This document shows positions 41,700 through 55,949 of a stretch of DNA of 64,000 bases, piece after piece. The stretch is from Eledone cirrhosa. Taxonomy: Eukaryota. The number at the start of each line of letters is the position of its first letter. Position 1 is the first letter of the stretch. The position numbers and the translations under genes are program-made. Location of the stretch: positions 280,116,001 to 280,180,000 of the forward strand of contig OZ024743.1 in NCBI GenBank assembly GCA_964016885.1, in the 5' to 3' direction. A model generated the notes under the pieces. It had not been told where the DNA came from and made no database searches. It saw only the letters and a list, made by a program, of their open reading frames with translations.

Positions 41700-41925
41700 T
41701 AATAATGGTTTGTGATTGAAGCAGAAGGCCAACAATTTTGGGTAAGGGGATGTCAATTAAATCTACCTCAGTACGGTACTAGTACTTTATTTCATTAAAA
41801 CAATAGCGATGAAAGGCACATCTAACCTCGGCGGCATTTGAACTCTGAATGTAAAGAGGGATCACTTTATGCCGCAAAGCATGCCTTTCTACGTTCTACC
41901 GATACAGCCACTCCATGGCCTTTAA
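41700..41925 (-). mobile_element. tRNA-derived SINE
   Basis: gatgaaaggcacatctaacctcggcggcatttgaactctgaatgtaaag. Confidence 0.75.
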
Positions 41926-42185
41926 TTGTTGGTAATAATGATACATTTACTCTTACCGATATTGTAAACATAATTGACGTTTTTGCTGTTATTGTTGTTT
42001 AACTCTTTCTAGAAGAGACACATGATTAAAAACATTCCAAACGAGACCATCCCTCTTTATATATTTCAAATATAGACCTTATTATCTAATCTCATCGCTG
42101 TCGGACGTCCAACAAGGGCCATAAGCACTGACCTAACTATTTAGTAGAAATAAAATAAAGACGTTGCAATATTACTTCAAGGAGA

Positions 42186-42442
42186 AAGGGCGGTAGATTG
42201 GCAGTATCGGTAGAGGGTCGGACACCATGCTTTACAGCATAGAGTTATGTTCTGAGGCCCTTTATGATCTGAGTTCAAATCCCACCGAGGTTAATTTTGC
42301 GTTTCATCCTTACGGGGTCGATTTAATAAAGTACCAGTCACGTACTGGAGTCGATTAAATCGACCCCAGTGCGTGACTGGTACTTTATTAAATCGATCCC
42401 CCTCTTCCCCAAAATTGCTGGCCTTGTGCTTATATAAGAAAC
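42186..42442 (+). mobile_element. Full-length tRNA-derived SINE with 19-bp target site duplication
   Basis: A box ggcggtagattggcag..cggtag, B box gagttcaaatccc; caatattacttcaaggaga at 42167-42185 and 42443-42461. Confidence 0.9.
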
Positions 42443-42584
42443 CAATATTACTTCAAGGAGATGTAACAGCTATGTCTGTCATGTTAAGTAAACCACGAAA
42501 CAGTTTCCTATTCATTCCATAATTTTCGCCCTTGTCTTTCTTACATTTGCTGGGACAGTAGTTTGTTTCTTTGGTTTAGCTGAG

Positions 42585-43578
42585 CTTTTTGTTGTTGTAG
42601 TTGTTGTTGATGTTGTAGTTGTTGTTATATTGTGTTGTTGTCGTTGTTGTTGTTGCTGTTGATGTATTGTGTCGTTGTCGTTGTTGTTGTTGTTGTTGTT
42701 GTATTGTGTCGTTGTCGTTGTTGTTGTTGTTGTTGTTGATGTATTGTGTTGTTGTCTGTTGTTGTTGTTGCTGTTGATGTATTGTGTCGTTGTCATCGTT
42801 ACTGTTGTTGTTGTTGTTGTATTGTGTCGCCGTCGTTGTTGTTCTTGTTGTTGTTGTATTGTGTCGTTCTCGTTGTCGTTGTTGTTGTTGTTGTTGTATT
42901 GTGTTGTTGTCGTTGTCGTTGTTGTTGTTGTATTGTGTCGTTGTTGTTGTTATTGTTATTGCTGTTGTTGTTGTCGTTGTTGTTGGTGTGGTTGTATTGT
43001 GTTGTCATTGTCGTCGTTGTTGTTGTTGTTGTGTATACAAGCTAATAGATTTGTTACTATTCTCTTCGTTGTTATTCATAGTTTTTGTAGTTGATAGGAA
43101 TGGTCATGAAGATGATGATGAGGGTGATGATGATCATTATCGAGAACATCATCATCATCACCAATATCATCATCATCATAATCATCATCACCATCATCGT
43201 CATCATCGTTATCATCATCATCCTCATCCTCATCATCACAATCACCATGGTGGCGCCGATGATGATGACGAGGATTCTAATGGCGATGATGATGATCATC
43301 ATAGAGATCAGAATGTAAATTAGGAAGATGAAGATGATGAAGTGGTAGGGAGGAGGGTAATGTTGTGGAGGAAGAGGGGGTGGAGGGGGCGGGGAGATGT
43401 GACGTCGACGATGATGGTGATGATGAATATTTATGATGTTGAAAGGGTGGGGGTGATCATGAGGAGCAGAAGAAGGGTTACGATGATGACAATAATGATG
43501 CTGATGATGATTACGATGACAAAAACGGCGGCGATAATGAGGATGATGTTGATGATGATGATGATGACGACGACGATA

Positions 43579-43615
<37 letters not shown>

Positions 43616-43626
43616 CGACGACGATA

Positions 43627-43665
<39 letters not shown>

Positions 43666-43858
43666 TTGATGACGATGATGATGATGACGATGTTGATGAT
43701 TTCGATGACGATGATGATGATGATGATGTTGTTGATGGTAATGATGATAACGATGATGACGATGGTGATGATGATGATGACGACGACCATGACGATGATG
43801 ATGCGGATGATGATGATGATGACGACGATAACGATGATGATGACGATGATGATGATGC

Positions 43859-43896
<38 letters not shown>

Positions 43897-43990
43897 TTGA
43901 TGATGATGATAAGAAGGAAGAGAATTTTGTTATTATTTCTACTGCTGTTGTTGTTGTTGCTGTTGCTGCTGCCGTTGTTATTGCAGATGC
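42585..43990. repeat. (TTG)n minisatellite, (ATC)n and (GAT)n tracts
   Basis: Directly visible. Confidence 0.9.
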
Positions 43991-44069
43991 TGCATTTATT
44001 GATTTTATAATCTTTGCTGACGAGGTTATTGATTTTTCTTTATTGTTTATGCTGGTGCGTATATGTATG

Positions 44070-44346
44070 TATGAGTGTGTGTGTGAGTGTGTATGTGTGA
44101 GTGTGTGAGTGTGTGAGTGTGTGTGTGTAAGTGTGTGTTTGTGTGTATGTGTGTGTGAGTGTGTGAGTGTGTGAGTGTGTGTGAGTGTGTGAGTGTATGT
44201 GAGTGTGTGAGTGTGTGAGTGTGTGAGTGTGTGTGTGTGTGTGAGTGTGTGAGTGTGTGAGTGTATGTGTCTGTGTGTGAGTGTGTGAGTGTGTGTGTGT
44301 GTGTGTGAGTGTGTGAGTGTGTGAGTGTATGTGTGTGTGTGTGAGT

Positions 44347-44380
<34 letters not shown>

Positions 44381-44500
44381 GTGTGTGAGTGTGTGAGTGT
44401 ATGTGTGTGTGTGTGAGTGTGTGAGTGTGTGTGTGTGTGTGTGTGAGTGTGTGAGTGTGTGAGTGTATGTGTGTGTGTGTGAGTGTGTGAGTGTGTGTGC
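44070..44500. repeat. (GTGTGA)-type microsatellite
   Basis: Directly visible. Confidence 0.95.
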
Positions 44501-44647
44501 CTATATCTCTATATGTGTGTATTTTAATTTATTTTGGTGATTATAGTCCTGGTGGGAAGAGTGGGGGATGGCTGTAGTAGAGCTGCTGAGTTCCTGGCTG
44601 TCATACAGTTTCCCATTGCTAGCCTCTCTCTATCTCACTGCATGTCG

Positions 44648-45216
<569 letters not shown>

Positions 45217-45419
45217 GTTGCGCGCGCATGTGTGTCTGCGTTTATTATGTTGTTATGTTGTTGTTTAGTTTCCTGTTTTGATTACTCATATAATTTCATT
45301 GCCGACGTTGTTGTTCTTTGTATTGTTGTTATTGTTGTTCTTGCTAGATCTACTGCGGGTGTTGAATCTGCTTCAGCAGATATTAAATAATGGAAGTGGC
45401 CATCCCCTCCACCATCTCC

Positions 45420-46447
45420 CCATCATCATCATCATCATCATAATCACCATTATCGTCGTCATCATGGTGGTGGTGGTGGTGGTGGTGGTGGTGGTGGTGG
45501 TGGCGGTGGTGGTAGTGGTGTTGGTGATGGTGGTGGTGGTGGTGGTGGTGGTGGTTGTGGTGGTGGTGGTGGCGGTGGTGGTAGTGGTGTTGGTGATGGT
45601 GGTGGTGGTGGTGGTGGTGGTGGTCGTGGTGGTGGTGGTGGTGGTGGTGGTGGTGGTGGTGGTGGTGGTGGTGAGTGGTGGTGGTGGTGGTGAGTGGTGG
45701 TGGTGGTGGTGGTATTGATTGGGGGGCTGATGGGGGTTGAGGGGGGGAGGGGGATGATGGTGGTGATGGTGGTGGTGATGGTTGTGGTGTTGGTAGTGGT
45801 GGTGGTGGTGGTGGTGGTGGTGGTATTGATTGGGGGGCTGATGGGGGGGGGGATGATGGTGGTGATGGTGGTGGTGATGGTTGTGGTGTTGGTAGTGGTG
45901 GTGGTGGTGGAGGTGGTGGTGGTGGTGGTGGTGGTGGTGGTGATAGTTGTGGTGGTGGTGTTGTTGGTGATGGTGGTGGTGGTGGTGGTGGTGGTGGTGG
46001 TATTGATTGGGGGGATGATGGGGGTTGAGAGGGAGGGGTATGGTGTTGGTGGTGGTGGTGGTGGTGATTGTCGTGGTGGTGGTGATTGTGGTGGTGGTGG
46101 TGGTGGTGATAAACAAAGAAAGGTTAGGAGAAGGAGGAGTAGTAGGAGGGGTAGGGGTAGGAGTAGGAGTAGGAGGAGTAGGGGACAGGATGATGAGGAG
46201 GAGGAGGGGGATAGGTGAGGAGGGAGAGGAGGAAGGGATAGGAGAGGAGGAAGAGGAGGAAGAGGAGGAGGATAGGTGAGGAGGGAGAGGAGGAAGGGAT
46301 AGGGGAGGAGGAAGAGGAGGAGGATAGGGTGGTGGAGGAGGAGAATAAGGAGGAGAATAAGGAGGAGGAGGAGGAGGAGGAGGAGGAGGAGGAGGAGGAG
46401 GAGGAGGAGGAGGAGGAGGAGGAGGAGGAGGAGGAGGAGGAGGAGGA
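45420..46447. repeat. (GGT)n/(GGA)n G-rich low-complexity block
   Basis: Directly visible. Confidence 0.95.
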
Positions 46448-48521
46448 AACAGACGCAGTTTAGTGATCATTAGCAAGTATATGATTGTGATGCTATTTCC
46501 TTTAAAATCCTCCACCTTGCTCTTCCGAAGCAGCTGAGACACAGTCCGGCACTTTCTTTTCTCTTAGTCTTCTACCTCTCAATTGCCAATGGAATTTTTC
46601 TTAACTAATGTGATTAAATAATTATTATCATGATCAGAGCATTTTAAGGGTTAAATTAAAAAACCAAATATTTTGTTGATTGTTCCCCTAAATTCACTGG
46701 TAACACCCCTCACTTCCATCATGTCCATGCCAGTGCTGCCGCCGTCACGTCTGCTACCATCACCAAACACTTTGGCATAGACGTAATGTGTAGAGGGTCA
46801 ATCAACTGAGTAGAACTAATTATTCCTCAAGTCCTTGTTGTACTTATTTAACCCAAGGTAAGCTTCATGGTCTAAAGCATTCCAGCTGTGATCTTACATT
46901 AATTTTGTATATCTAATTATCTATAAGACAGTTCAGTGCGATTTGAGAGAAATTTAACTAATATTCCTAGCAATTCAAGCGACCGAGAACGAATGATCCC
47001 TTACCTATTAGATTCATCTCAGGCAAGGCTGACGCCTAGGTATATAGCGCTCTACACTGACCCTAGAACGTGTAACCCCACTCCTCATTTCTCCTAATTA
47101 TGCGCCTCATTCTGCCAGCTAAAATAATTTCTTTTTCTGACAACACAATGAAAATTACTAAGCCTACATTCTCTGCGACACAATTTATGTTATAGGCCAT
47201 AACACCATATGACCCTTTCCACGATTTTGTATTTTCCACAATTCTTCTACGCAGCAAATCTGTTTAGTGACTTATTTATTGATCGCGGGAAATTTTTCTA
47301 TGTTCTAGTTAATAATATACATTTGTATACAAATTGTGATCCATTATGCCTCAGTAATGCGTCAATCTGATGTGACGCAATACAATCGAAATTAATAGTA
47401 GTGCCGGCCCTGACTGCAAGGAAGATGAATAAGTGAAATGAGAGGGCTCAACCGAACGTAGAACCTGCATCGGCTTTTTACACGCAGCCCATTATATTGT
47501 GTATCTTAATCATCTATGAGCCTCTCACACGATAATATTAGTCTCTAAAAGAACACGTTATGTTGAAATAGAATTTAAATGTTCCTAAAATTACATTATT
47601 TTTCTTTTTAATAATATAGAAATTATTTTAAATAATTTCTATATATATATATATTAATATTAGAGAATAATCTCATTTTTTGCTAATTGAAATAAGTTTA
47701 TTGATACATTTGTGGATCGCGTTCATGAAATTTGAAAGAAGCTTTAAGTAGCTGCGTCTCCTCGTTGATGACTTCGTGAAAGTACTAATATGTTTCATAT
47801 AGAGACAATAAATTAAGCCTGGTATATTTTTTACAGTATTTTCTCGTGCGTAATACAAGAAATTTTTAACTAAAATTAAGGGCAAAAAATTGCGTGTCAA
47901 TTTATTCACAAGTACGCATTTTCACAAATTTTACTGATAAAGTCATATCAAACAGAAAGGCATATTAATCTGATTACCAAGAAGAGAAACGCATTATGTC
48001 AAGTTAGCATATTTCTCGGAGGTTAGAGAAGTTGTTTTGAAAAGGGAAGTTTGATAAATCTGCTTCTACACGGTATACTAAATAACCTGATCTTATACAT
48101 GCTTTAATGTCGAGAAACTGGATATTGTACTGAAATATGCTTGAGATCGAGATATTTCTGGACAACATACTAGAAGTTTATTCTAAAAATTGTATAGACA
48201 TGGCTAAACTCCGAACTCGTGTATACAGATAATTTTTTAATAAGTAGCCTTACCCATATTAGCTTGACATCTTGCGAACGGAAACGTAAGCGAACCAGGA
48301 TATGCTGTAATGATAATGATACAAATCGGCTTGACCCCTATACTCTAGCTTCCGAAAAGAACCTCGTGAGCCAGAAAAACATACATTTGTTTCTATTCAT
48401 ATGGATATATATTCATATATATAAAGAGCACATACAAATGTACATTAACACATGCACATAACCTTAGTGGGAAGAACGTGTAAGTCGGTGCAAGTTTGAC
48501 AGTATGATAAAGCAAATGCAT

Positions 48522-49025
48522 AATTGTTTCTACTTTTGGCACAAGGCCAGCAATTACCCAGTGTATTACTGGTACTTTATTTTATCGACCCCGTAAGGAT
48601 GAAAGGCAAAGTTAACATCGGCGGGATTTGAACTCAGAATGGAAAGGGCCGTAACTCTTTGCGTCAAAGCATGTTGAGTTCGAATCCCATGCTCACATGC
48701 TGAGAAAATAACTTTTATCATAGGTCCGATTTGTTCAAAGTATTGTGGAATTTGGTTAACAGGAAAGTGGTGTGTACAATGGAATGGGGTAGTTTTTAGT
48801 TCTACAATAAATCCCTCTAACATTGAGACGAAGTTAGCAATTATATCGACCCCAGTGCTTAACTGGTACTTTCTTATCGACCCCAGAAGGATGAAAAGAA
48901 AAATTGATCTGCATTAGTGGTGCTTTATTTTATCGACCCCTTAAGAATGAAAAGCAAAGTTAACCTCAGCGGGATTTGAACTCAGAACGTAAAGGGCCAT
49001 AACTCTATGCTGAAAAACATGGTAA
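48522..49025 (-). mobile_element. Cluster of two to three tRNA-SINE copies
   Basis: ttatcgacccc..gatgaaa core at ~48585, 48875 and 48930; B boxes at ~48625 and 48975. Confidence 0.8.
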
Positions 49026-49674
49026 CAGGACCATATGTTGCTCCTACTTTTTATTTTGGATATGATTTTAACAACTAGATTGCCTTATAGAATGTACTGG
49101 GTTACATTTTATCAAGTAATTAGCGATAGAAGGATTTTAAAGTCATTGATATCACTAAAGAATATATATAAAATGAATCTAGTACATTCTATAAAGTCAT
49201 TGGAGTTAGTATGGGCATCTAGCTGCAGTACCCATGCCTCCCACCGAGAAGCCATTTAATGTTCTTGGTTGGTAGACTTAATATGTTTAACACCCTACAC
49301 AACATATATATTAATGACATAAATGCAATTAAATATTTTTTTAATCAAAGTGAAAATAGAAAGCATAATCTCATTGAGCACGATTAAAGAAAACTCCAGT
49401 TATATCTGAAACAATCATAAGATGGATTGAGATTAATATCATGTTTCTTTTTAGAATATGACGAACGTATGCAATGTATAGATAGCGCGGATCATAGATT
49501 GTATTTGTAAATAGTAACTGACAAATTCTTCAAAAGTGGACTGTTCTTGGAAACAAATGATATAGAACAGCATGTGATTGTTATATAAGGAGACTACATA
49601 TCTATCTATCTATATAATATATAGTATATATCTATCTAAGTATCTATCTATCTATCTATCTATTTCTTTCGCTT

Positions 49675-49721
<47 letters not shown>

Positions 49722-49875
49722 AGAGAGAGAGAGAGGGAGGGGGGAGGAGAGGGGGAGAAAGAGAGAGATATGTAAAATTCAGGGGATTTTACATATCTCT
49801 ATACTCACTCTGCATCTCCCCATGCATCGAATATTCCCACGATTAGTGTTCTCAGAGACTTTCTCTCTCCCCCTC

Positions 49876-49924
<49 letters not shown>

Positions 49925-52127
49925 CTCTCTATCTCTATCTATCTATCTCTCTCTCTCTCTATATATATATATACGTATATATATATACTTTAAAGAAAAC
50001 AGAAGGCCAGACTCCAAATATTCATTTAATGTTGTAAAAATCACAATACCTATTTCTATGGTCTTGTCACATCATCAGATTCTGACGTAAGACTTATGGC
50101 GATGTCATCAGGTGTAAATTGCAAAGATTAAGTAATCAATTACTGGATTACGGCAAACATAAACAGTGAATAGACTTGATTCGGAGACAGCAGGCCATTT
50201 AGTGTAACTGCTATGATGAAATGTATACATACATTCTTTAATTTTATCCCCCTCCCTCTCTCTCTCTCTGTATATATAAATATATATATATATATTATTT
50301 GTTCCGTTTTTCTATACGTGTATTCATCTGACTTGATGAAGCGTAGGCTAGCTTCTGAACTCTCCATATTATCATTTAATTAAAGCTGTTCTTTGTCTTT
50401 TAACTATTCTAATAACATCTGCAATAGATAAAATACCACAAAAAAGGGAAATATTTAAGACACAGAACCAGAAACAATAAGAAGTACATTGTCCGACTTG
50501 TCAGCTGGTTTACTATAGGTTATGTAGTAATTGGTTTCGATACATATAGCTGCGAGAACGGGGAAAGAGAAGGCGAGAGGGGAAGTGAGCTAATATTGTT
50601 GTGTAATAAGGAATAAGGGGAAATAATCTAAATATGTAAACTAATGAATTATACAGAAGTGTGTGTGGAGTTAGAGATAGTCATATAACGGAAGAAAACA
50701 AGGAAGTAATGAAAGTTAATATGATTGGATTTATGTATTTCAATGAGTCATTAGAGAAACAAGTGACAAAAATAGCCGCTTATCGAAATAATGATTTCTT
50801 ACATAGGCACACGGTTATATGTTTTCACAGAAGAGTGTAAATGTATTGGAATAATTAAGCAGTATTACTTAAAACGTGCAGCATTCACTATACATGAGAC
50901 TAATCCATTCAGATATTCTAAATGATGTCTGTCTGTATCCAGGACGTAATATATAGAAGTGTAATCTATGAAACAATAACAAGAACGTATAATAGTGTTA
51001 TTAATAATAGATCTTTGTGAGGCATTGTCAAGTTGACGGATAATGAAGTTTATCGTCTCTGACCCGTAGAGATCATGGTATTTCGAAAATATAATACAAA
51101 CAATTATGATATTCATAATTAATACAACTATTCTGTGCAGAAATCTAATCACCATCAGAACCAGACAGAAGATTGTACTGAGGCCCCTAAAAACAATAAA
51201 TAATAAGGACAAACATCCATATGCTTTTAAATCACCAAATATTATTCTACTTCATTTACGATGCTTTTTTAGTTGCCAATATTTTTGTCTGTGTGCTAGG
51301 TTTTACAGCGATAAGAGAAGGTGATGATCTGAAGACGATGACGTGCCTTAGAATTATTAAGGATAGTATAAAATTTAATAACTATCTCTATGGAGCTTGT
51401 CATGGATGATTTCTGACGAGCGTGGGTGAAATACTCATGCGATTTAACAAGCGTATGCTGACATTTTATTTATTTATTTTTTATTTTTTCGTAACGCACC
51501 ATGAATTTCCTGCTGTTAGTTCTATTGCGTAGATTTTCCCTTCTGCTTGACGGGTCAGGAATTGGAGCTCTTAAGAGATGATACCCGGTGTATTTTAACT
51601 GATATAGAGGACATTTATTGTCGAATTACGAGCATTGTCATGTATATAACAAAACATTATTGAATGATAATTAATGACAGGGTCTTCTGCTGCTTGCACT
51701 GTGATAGCCACATTTTCGTCATACATCAACAGTCATTAGAAAAAAATAGGTCATTATAATAGGAATCCATTTTGACTTAGCGCAAAATAAATTTTGATGA
51801 ATGTAGAGTGATCAATTCATTGACCAGAGAGAAAATTTACTGTATATATCTAATTTATGACTCCTCAGTAATGAAAGAGAAAATGAAACATGATTCGTGT
51901 TGGGATTGAAATAGTAATCTACTAGTTACAGTATATCTTTTCATTTTCTCTGCCTCATTCCACATATTTTCTTTGCTTAAACACCAGATATGCAAATATA
52001 TACTCCTATAACTTTAGTGCAAACTATTTGATTATCGTTTTAAGTAAGAGATATAATTTAGTAATACGTCTGTATACACACCCATCCAGTCACCAAAACT
52101 GATACACTTCAAATAACATGAATATTA

Positions 52128-52243
52128 TATGGTTGTGTGGTTATGGGCTCCAGTCCTACTGCGTAGCACCGTTGGCAAGTGTCTTCCACTGCAGCCATGG
52201 GTTGACCTATGCCTTATGAGTGGAATTTGGTGAACGGAAACTA
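52128..52243 (+). mobile_element. SINE (same family as 19205)
   Basis: cagtcctactgcgtagcaccgttggcaagtgtcttccact...gagtggaatttggtgaacggaaact. Confidence 0.7.
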
Positions 52244-52259
52244 TATATGTATATATATT

Positions 52260-52882
52260 ATGAAAAAGAAGTTTAAAATGCAAGTAGAATCTTTAAGAAA
52301 GTTTATTTACAATAATTTATCACCGGTTTCACAAGCTTCATGATTCTCAAAAGTTAAGAGAGATGGAGAAATATCTGGCTATGTCGACATGTAGTTCGCA
52401 TCTAACTGATGTCGGGAATTTCTTTTAAGTTTATGCAAAAAAAGTGGCTCAGATTGTTAAATGATTGAAGTACAATTTGAGAGGTTGAGGAAGATCACGT
52501 GATTAGACGTCGAATTTGTTGGTAATATGGCGCCAAAAATCGGAATTGTCATGGTTTTCTCGGGTTTTTGCAGAAACGTGACTCAAGTTTAAAGTATAAT
52601 TTGATAGGCTGGGGGTCATTACGCGCTTAGGCACCGAGTTTGGTGATACTTTCGCGCCAAAATACGGGAGTGCCGTAGTTTAATGAATATGGACGGTAGC
52701 CTTTTAAGATAATGTCCCAACATGACCGCCATCTGATGGCCGAAACAATAAGATGTTAAAGAATAAAGGAATATTGAGGGTATAAAAGTGAAATATTTAG
52801 GTTTGTACCTTTTATGCCCTAAATAAAAAATACATTCACTAATATTGCAGGGCAAACTTTTTAAGAAAGATGCCTACAACAT
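52260..52882 (-). mobile_element. Diverged family D-related PLE 3' fragment with degenerate TTGAGAA...GAAAccgg HHR
   Basis: 52260-52370 aligns by eye to 39524-39650. Confidence 0.55.
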
Positions 52883-53040
52883 TATATATGTGTGCATATT
52901 TATACATATGCATTCATACACATACAGAAACAAACACACATACACAAATACACACACATATATATATATCATACATTTGTTTCCTTGAGCTACTTTCATT
53001 ATAAGGGATTAATGTGAGTTTTTAACTCAATATATACTTT

Positions 53041-53096
<56 letters not shown>

Positions 53097-53098
<2 letters not shown>

Positions 53099-53292
53099 CG
53101 AAGGAAATGTGGTAAGGAACCAGGTGGACCATAACGCACCAAAGTACTCAATACTTGAGGTAGTAGAGTGGGTAATAGGAACCAGTAAGACCCCGACAGC
53201 TGAGCTCAAGCCGTTTCGACGGCTAATTCTGAGTCCAGAATTAGCCGTCGAAACGGCTTGAGCTCAGCTGTCGGGGTCTTACTGGTTCCTAT
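53097..53292. mobile_element. Family C fold-back palindrome
   Basis: Perfect arms around gacggctaattctg-agtc-cagaattagccgtc. Confidence 0.9.
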
Positions 53293-53987
53293 ATATATAT
53301 ATATATATATATATTTAACAACGTTATATCTTTATATATACAAAATAGAGGAAATCGGGACAGCGATAATGTGTATATAAATTTACACATTGAATTTGTA
53401 GGAATGTAACCATACCAGACACTTTAACCGATTATTAAGCATTGTTGTGCTCTTAGCATTAGGTACGTATATTATCTAAACATCCACAATGAAATACATA
53501 ATCGTCGGGCTTATACACCCTATCACTTAAAGTAGTATCCTGAAACGGAGTTAATAATTTGCATATTATCACTGCTCATGCTAGTAGTTATTTAGGATAT
53601 ATATTAAGCTGTCCGTTAAACTGTCGAGATATGGAGAATAGATGCTTTTTCTGATATTGTGTCCACATAACAATATATGTATATATATATGTGTGTGTGT
53701 GTGCGCGTGTGTGTGTGTAATTATGTGTGTACGTATGTGTGTATGTATGTATCGGTGTAGCAATATTCCTCCGCACACGAAATCATAGATCTGGTTATTT
53801 TCTCTTGTATACACAATAATATCAAAAATGCTTCTATTTTATACGCGAATATACATAGATTTTTCACACGCACACATATATATACATATATATATATATT
53901 ATATTATATTATATTACATTATATTATATTATATTATATTATATTATATTATATTATATTATATTATATTATATTATATATATATAT

Positions 53988-54468
53988 ATATCAACTAGAA
54001 ATTGATTGACATATCTAAAATAAACACATGAAACAATCACAGGGGATAATTTGTAAAGCATGTAATTACACACAGCTAGGTAGGTAACCAATTAAAGTTT
54101 AACTAGAACTTCAAATATAGATACCTTTTAAAATGAATAATCTTCCTTGTATATATTTCATTAATGGTGAAATATATTTCTTTGATGAAATAAATACAAG
54201 GAAGATTATTCATTTTAAAAGTTATCTATATTTGAAGTTCTAGTTAAACTTTAATTGGTTACCTACCTATCTGTGTGTGCTTACACACTTTACAAATTAT
54301 CCCCTGTTGTTGTTTCATGTGTTTATTTTAGATATATATATATGTGTCAATCAATTTCTAATTGATATAAAATGCTCGGATCTATTCATTGGAATCTTTG
54401 AGCATATTCTCAAGTGGCTATGGCGCATGTCTCTGACTTGACACCCTTAATTTGATTTTGGATAAATA
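53988..54468. mobile_element. Older fold-back element (arms ~53988-54165 / 54182-54368 plus tail)
   Basis: Imperfect inverted repeat between (TA)-rich tracts. Confidence 0.75.
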
Positions 54469-54489
54469 TATATATATATATATATATAT

Positions 54490-54764
54490 AAACGAAAAAA
54501 ATGAAACGAAATTTCATTTCTCACTCTTAGTACGACTGTTACTTAAATATAAGTATGTATACGTACATACATATATGTATACAGACGTACAGTAGTATGT
54601 ATATATATATACATAGATGCACACATATATATATCTACGTATGGATTCACCGAACATTTATTATAATGCTCGGTGTGTTTGTAAAGAAACATCCCGAATT
54701 AAGCCGTACAGTGTCTAGCAACCATCGTTGCTCATTTGTTCAACACTGACAAAGGAACGCTGTA
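54490..54764 (-). mobile_element. Relative of the 8238-9494 unit, ending at the predicted HHR cleavage site
   Basis: aaatgaaacgaaatttcatttctcactcttagta...ttgttcaacactgacaaaggaacgctgta. Confidence 0.8.
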
Positions 54765-55949
54765 ATGGCTATGTGGAGTGGCTTAACATTTGGAATGTTC
54801 GAATCGGGTAGCTAGACTCACTTAGCGTAAGTCCATAAAATTCATATTTCATCTGTTGAAGCACGCGGCTTGCACAATATTTCTGTCATAACTTTCATGG
54901 TAACACTAGTAACTCACGCATACAGACGAACACAAAAATACAACACAAAAGAAAGAGTTTTTTCGACGACTAACAAAAAATTTCTCTTTTGGATTGAACA
55001 TTATGCGATGTCTTCTATCCGGTTGAGGTGGTTTGGTATATTTCAATTAGTTGATAAAATGAGTACGGTGACCACCGACTAAGAACAACTTGCCTTGCAA
55101 GCATAGTTTGTTAAAAACAACAACAACAAAAATTAAAAAAATAAACAAAGGATTTCTCTGGATATAGAATTTTGCTTTCAACCTTCTGTTAAAATTACAA
55201 ATGGAGACTCAAAAATTTTGTTTTCCCGCGTACAGCTTGTCTTCTGCAATCCCAGCAATCTGATTGGCTGCATCGTGCCACATGACGGCTTCTTCATCAC
55301 GGACACATTTTTCGATCGGCCATCTTGGGATTTTCTTGCCGAATAATTTTCATGGAAAATAATTTTTTTTATTATTCAAATTTTCTTTAGAATATTTTTA
55401 GAAAAAAAATTAGCAGTATTTCAAAAACTTTACTCCACGAGGAAATTTCAAAACGGCTACCACCAAGTACCAGCCATCAGCAGCAATACATGGCTAACTA
55501 TTAACCAACACCAGGGAACGGCTTGTAACTTTAGCGACGCAACCACCATACCTTCTGTCTCGTTACCACAAGGACTCGAGAAATTAAGACAGTAGTTTTC
55601 TCACCATTATGGGGTCAGACGTGGCTGCCATGTTGGTGACTCTAGGTTCTTCAACGCTAGACTTCGACTCTACAGAAGATTTATTGTGACTTTGTTTTAA
55701 CAACAACAACAACTCTACTAGCTCCCTAGTAAGAGCATTCCCAAAGAAAAAAGAAGCGAACTTTTTGTTAAAGGAACAGAAACAGTTCTTTCTTTCTTCC
55801 TTTTTTTTTCAGGCATTTATTTTGGACATTTTTTTTTTAAACTGTATTATATGAAAATTCATTTCTCTCTATCATTGTATATGTGACCGCACGCACACAT
55901 TTTCTTTGCTGTATTACATGCCTACATATATACACACACCAACATGTTG

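Noticed and set aside
45373-46542. 389-aa Pro/His/Thr ORF
   Set aside because: Translation of trinucleotide repeats lacking stops; no domain or splice support
47399-47412. hAT-like TIR (cagggccggcact on minus)
   Set aside because: No partner TIR or TSD located
50042-50116. Possible minus-strand HHR (also weak ones at ~19803, ~30458, ~51412, ~54182)
   Set aside because: Core or stem II too degenerate to call
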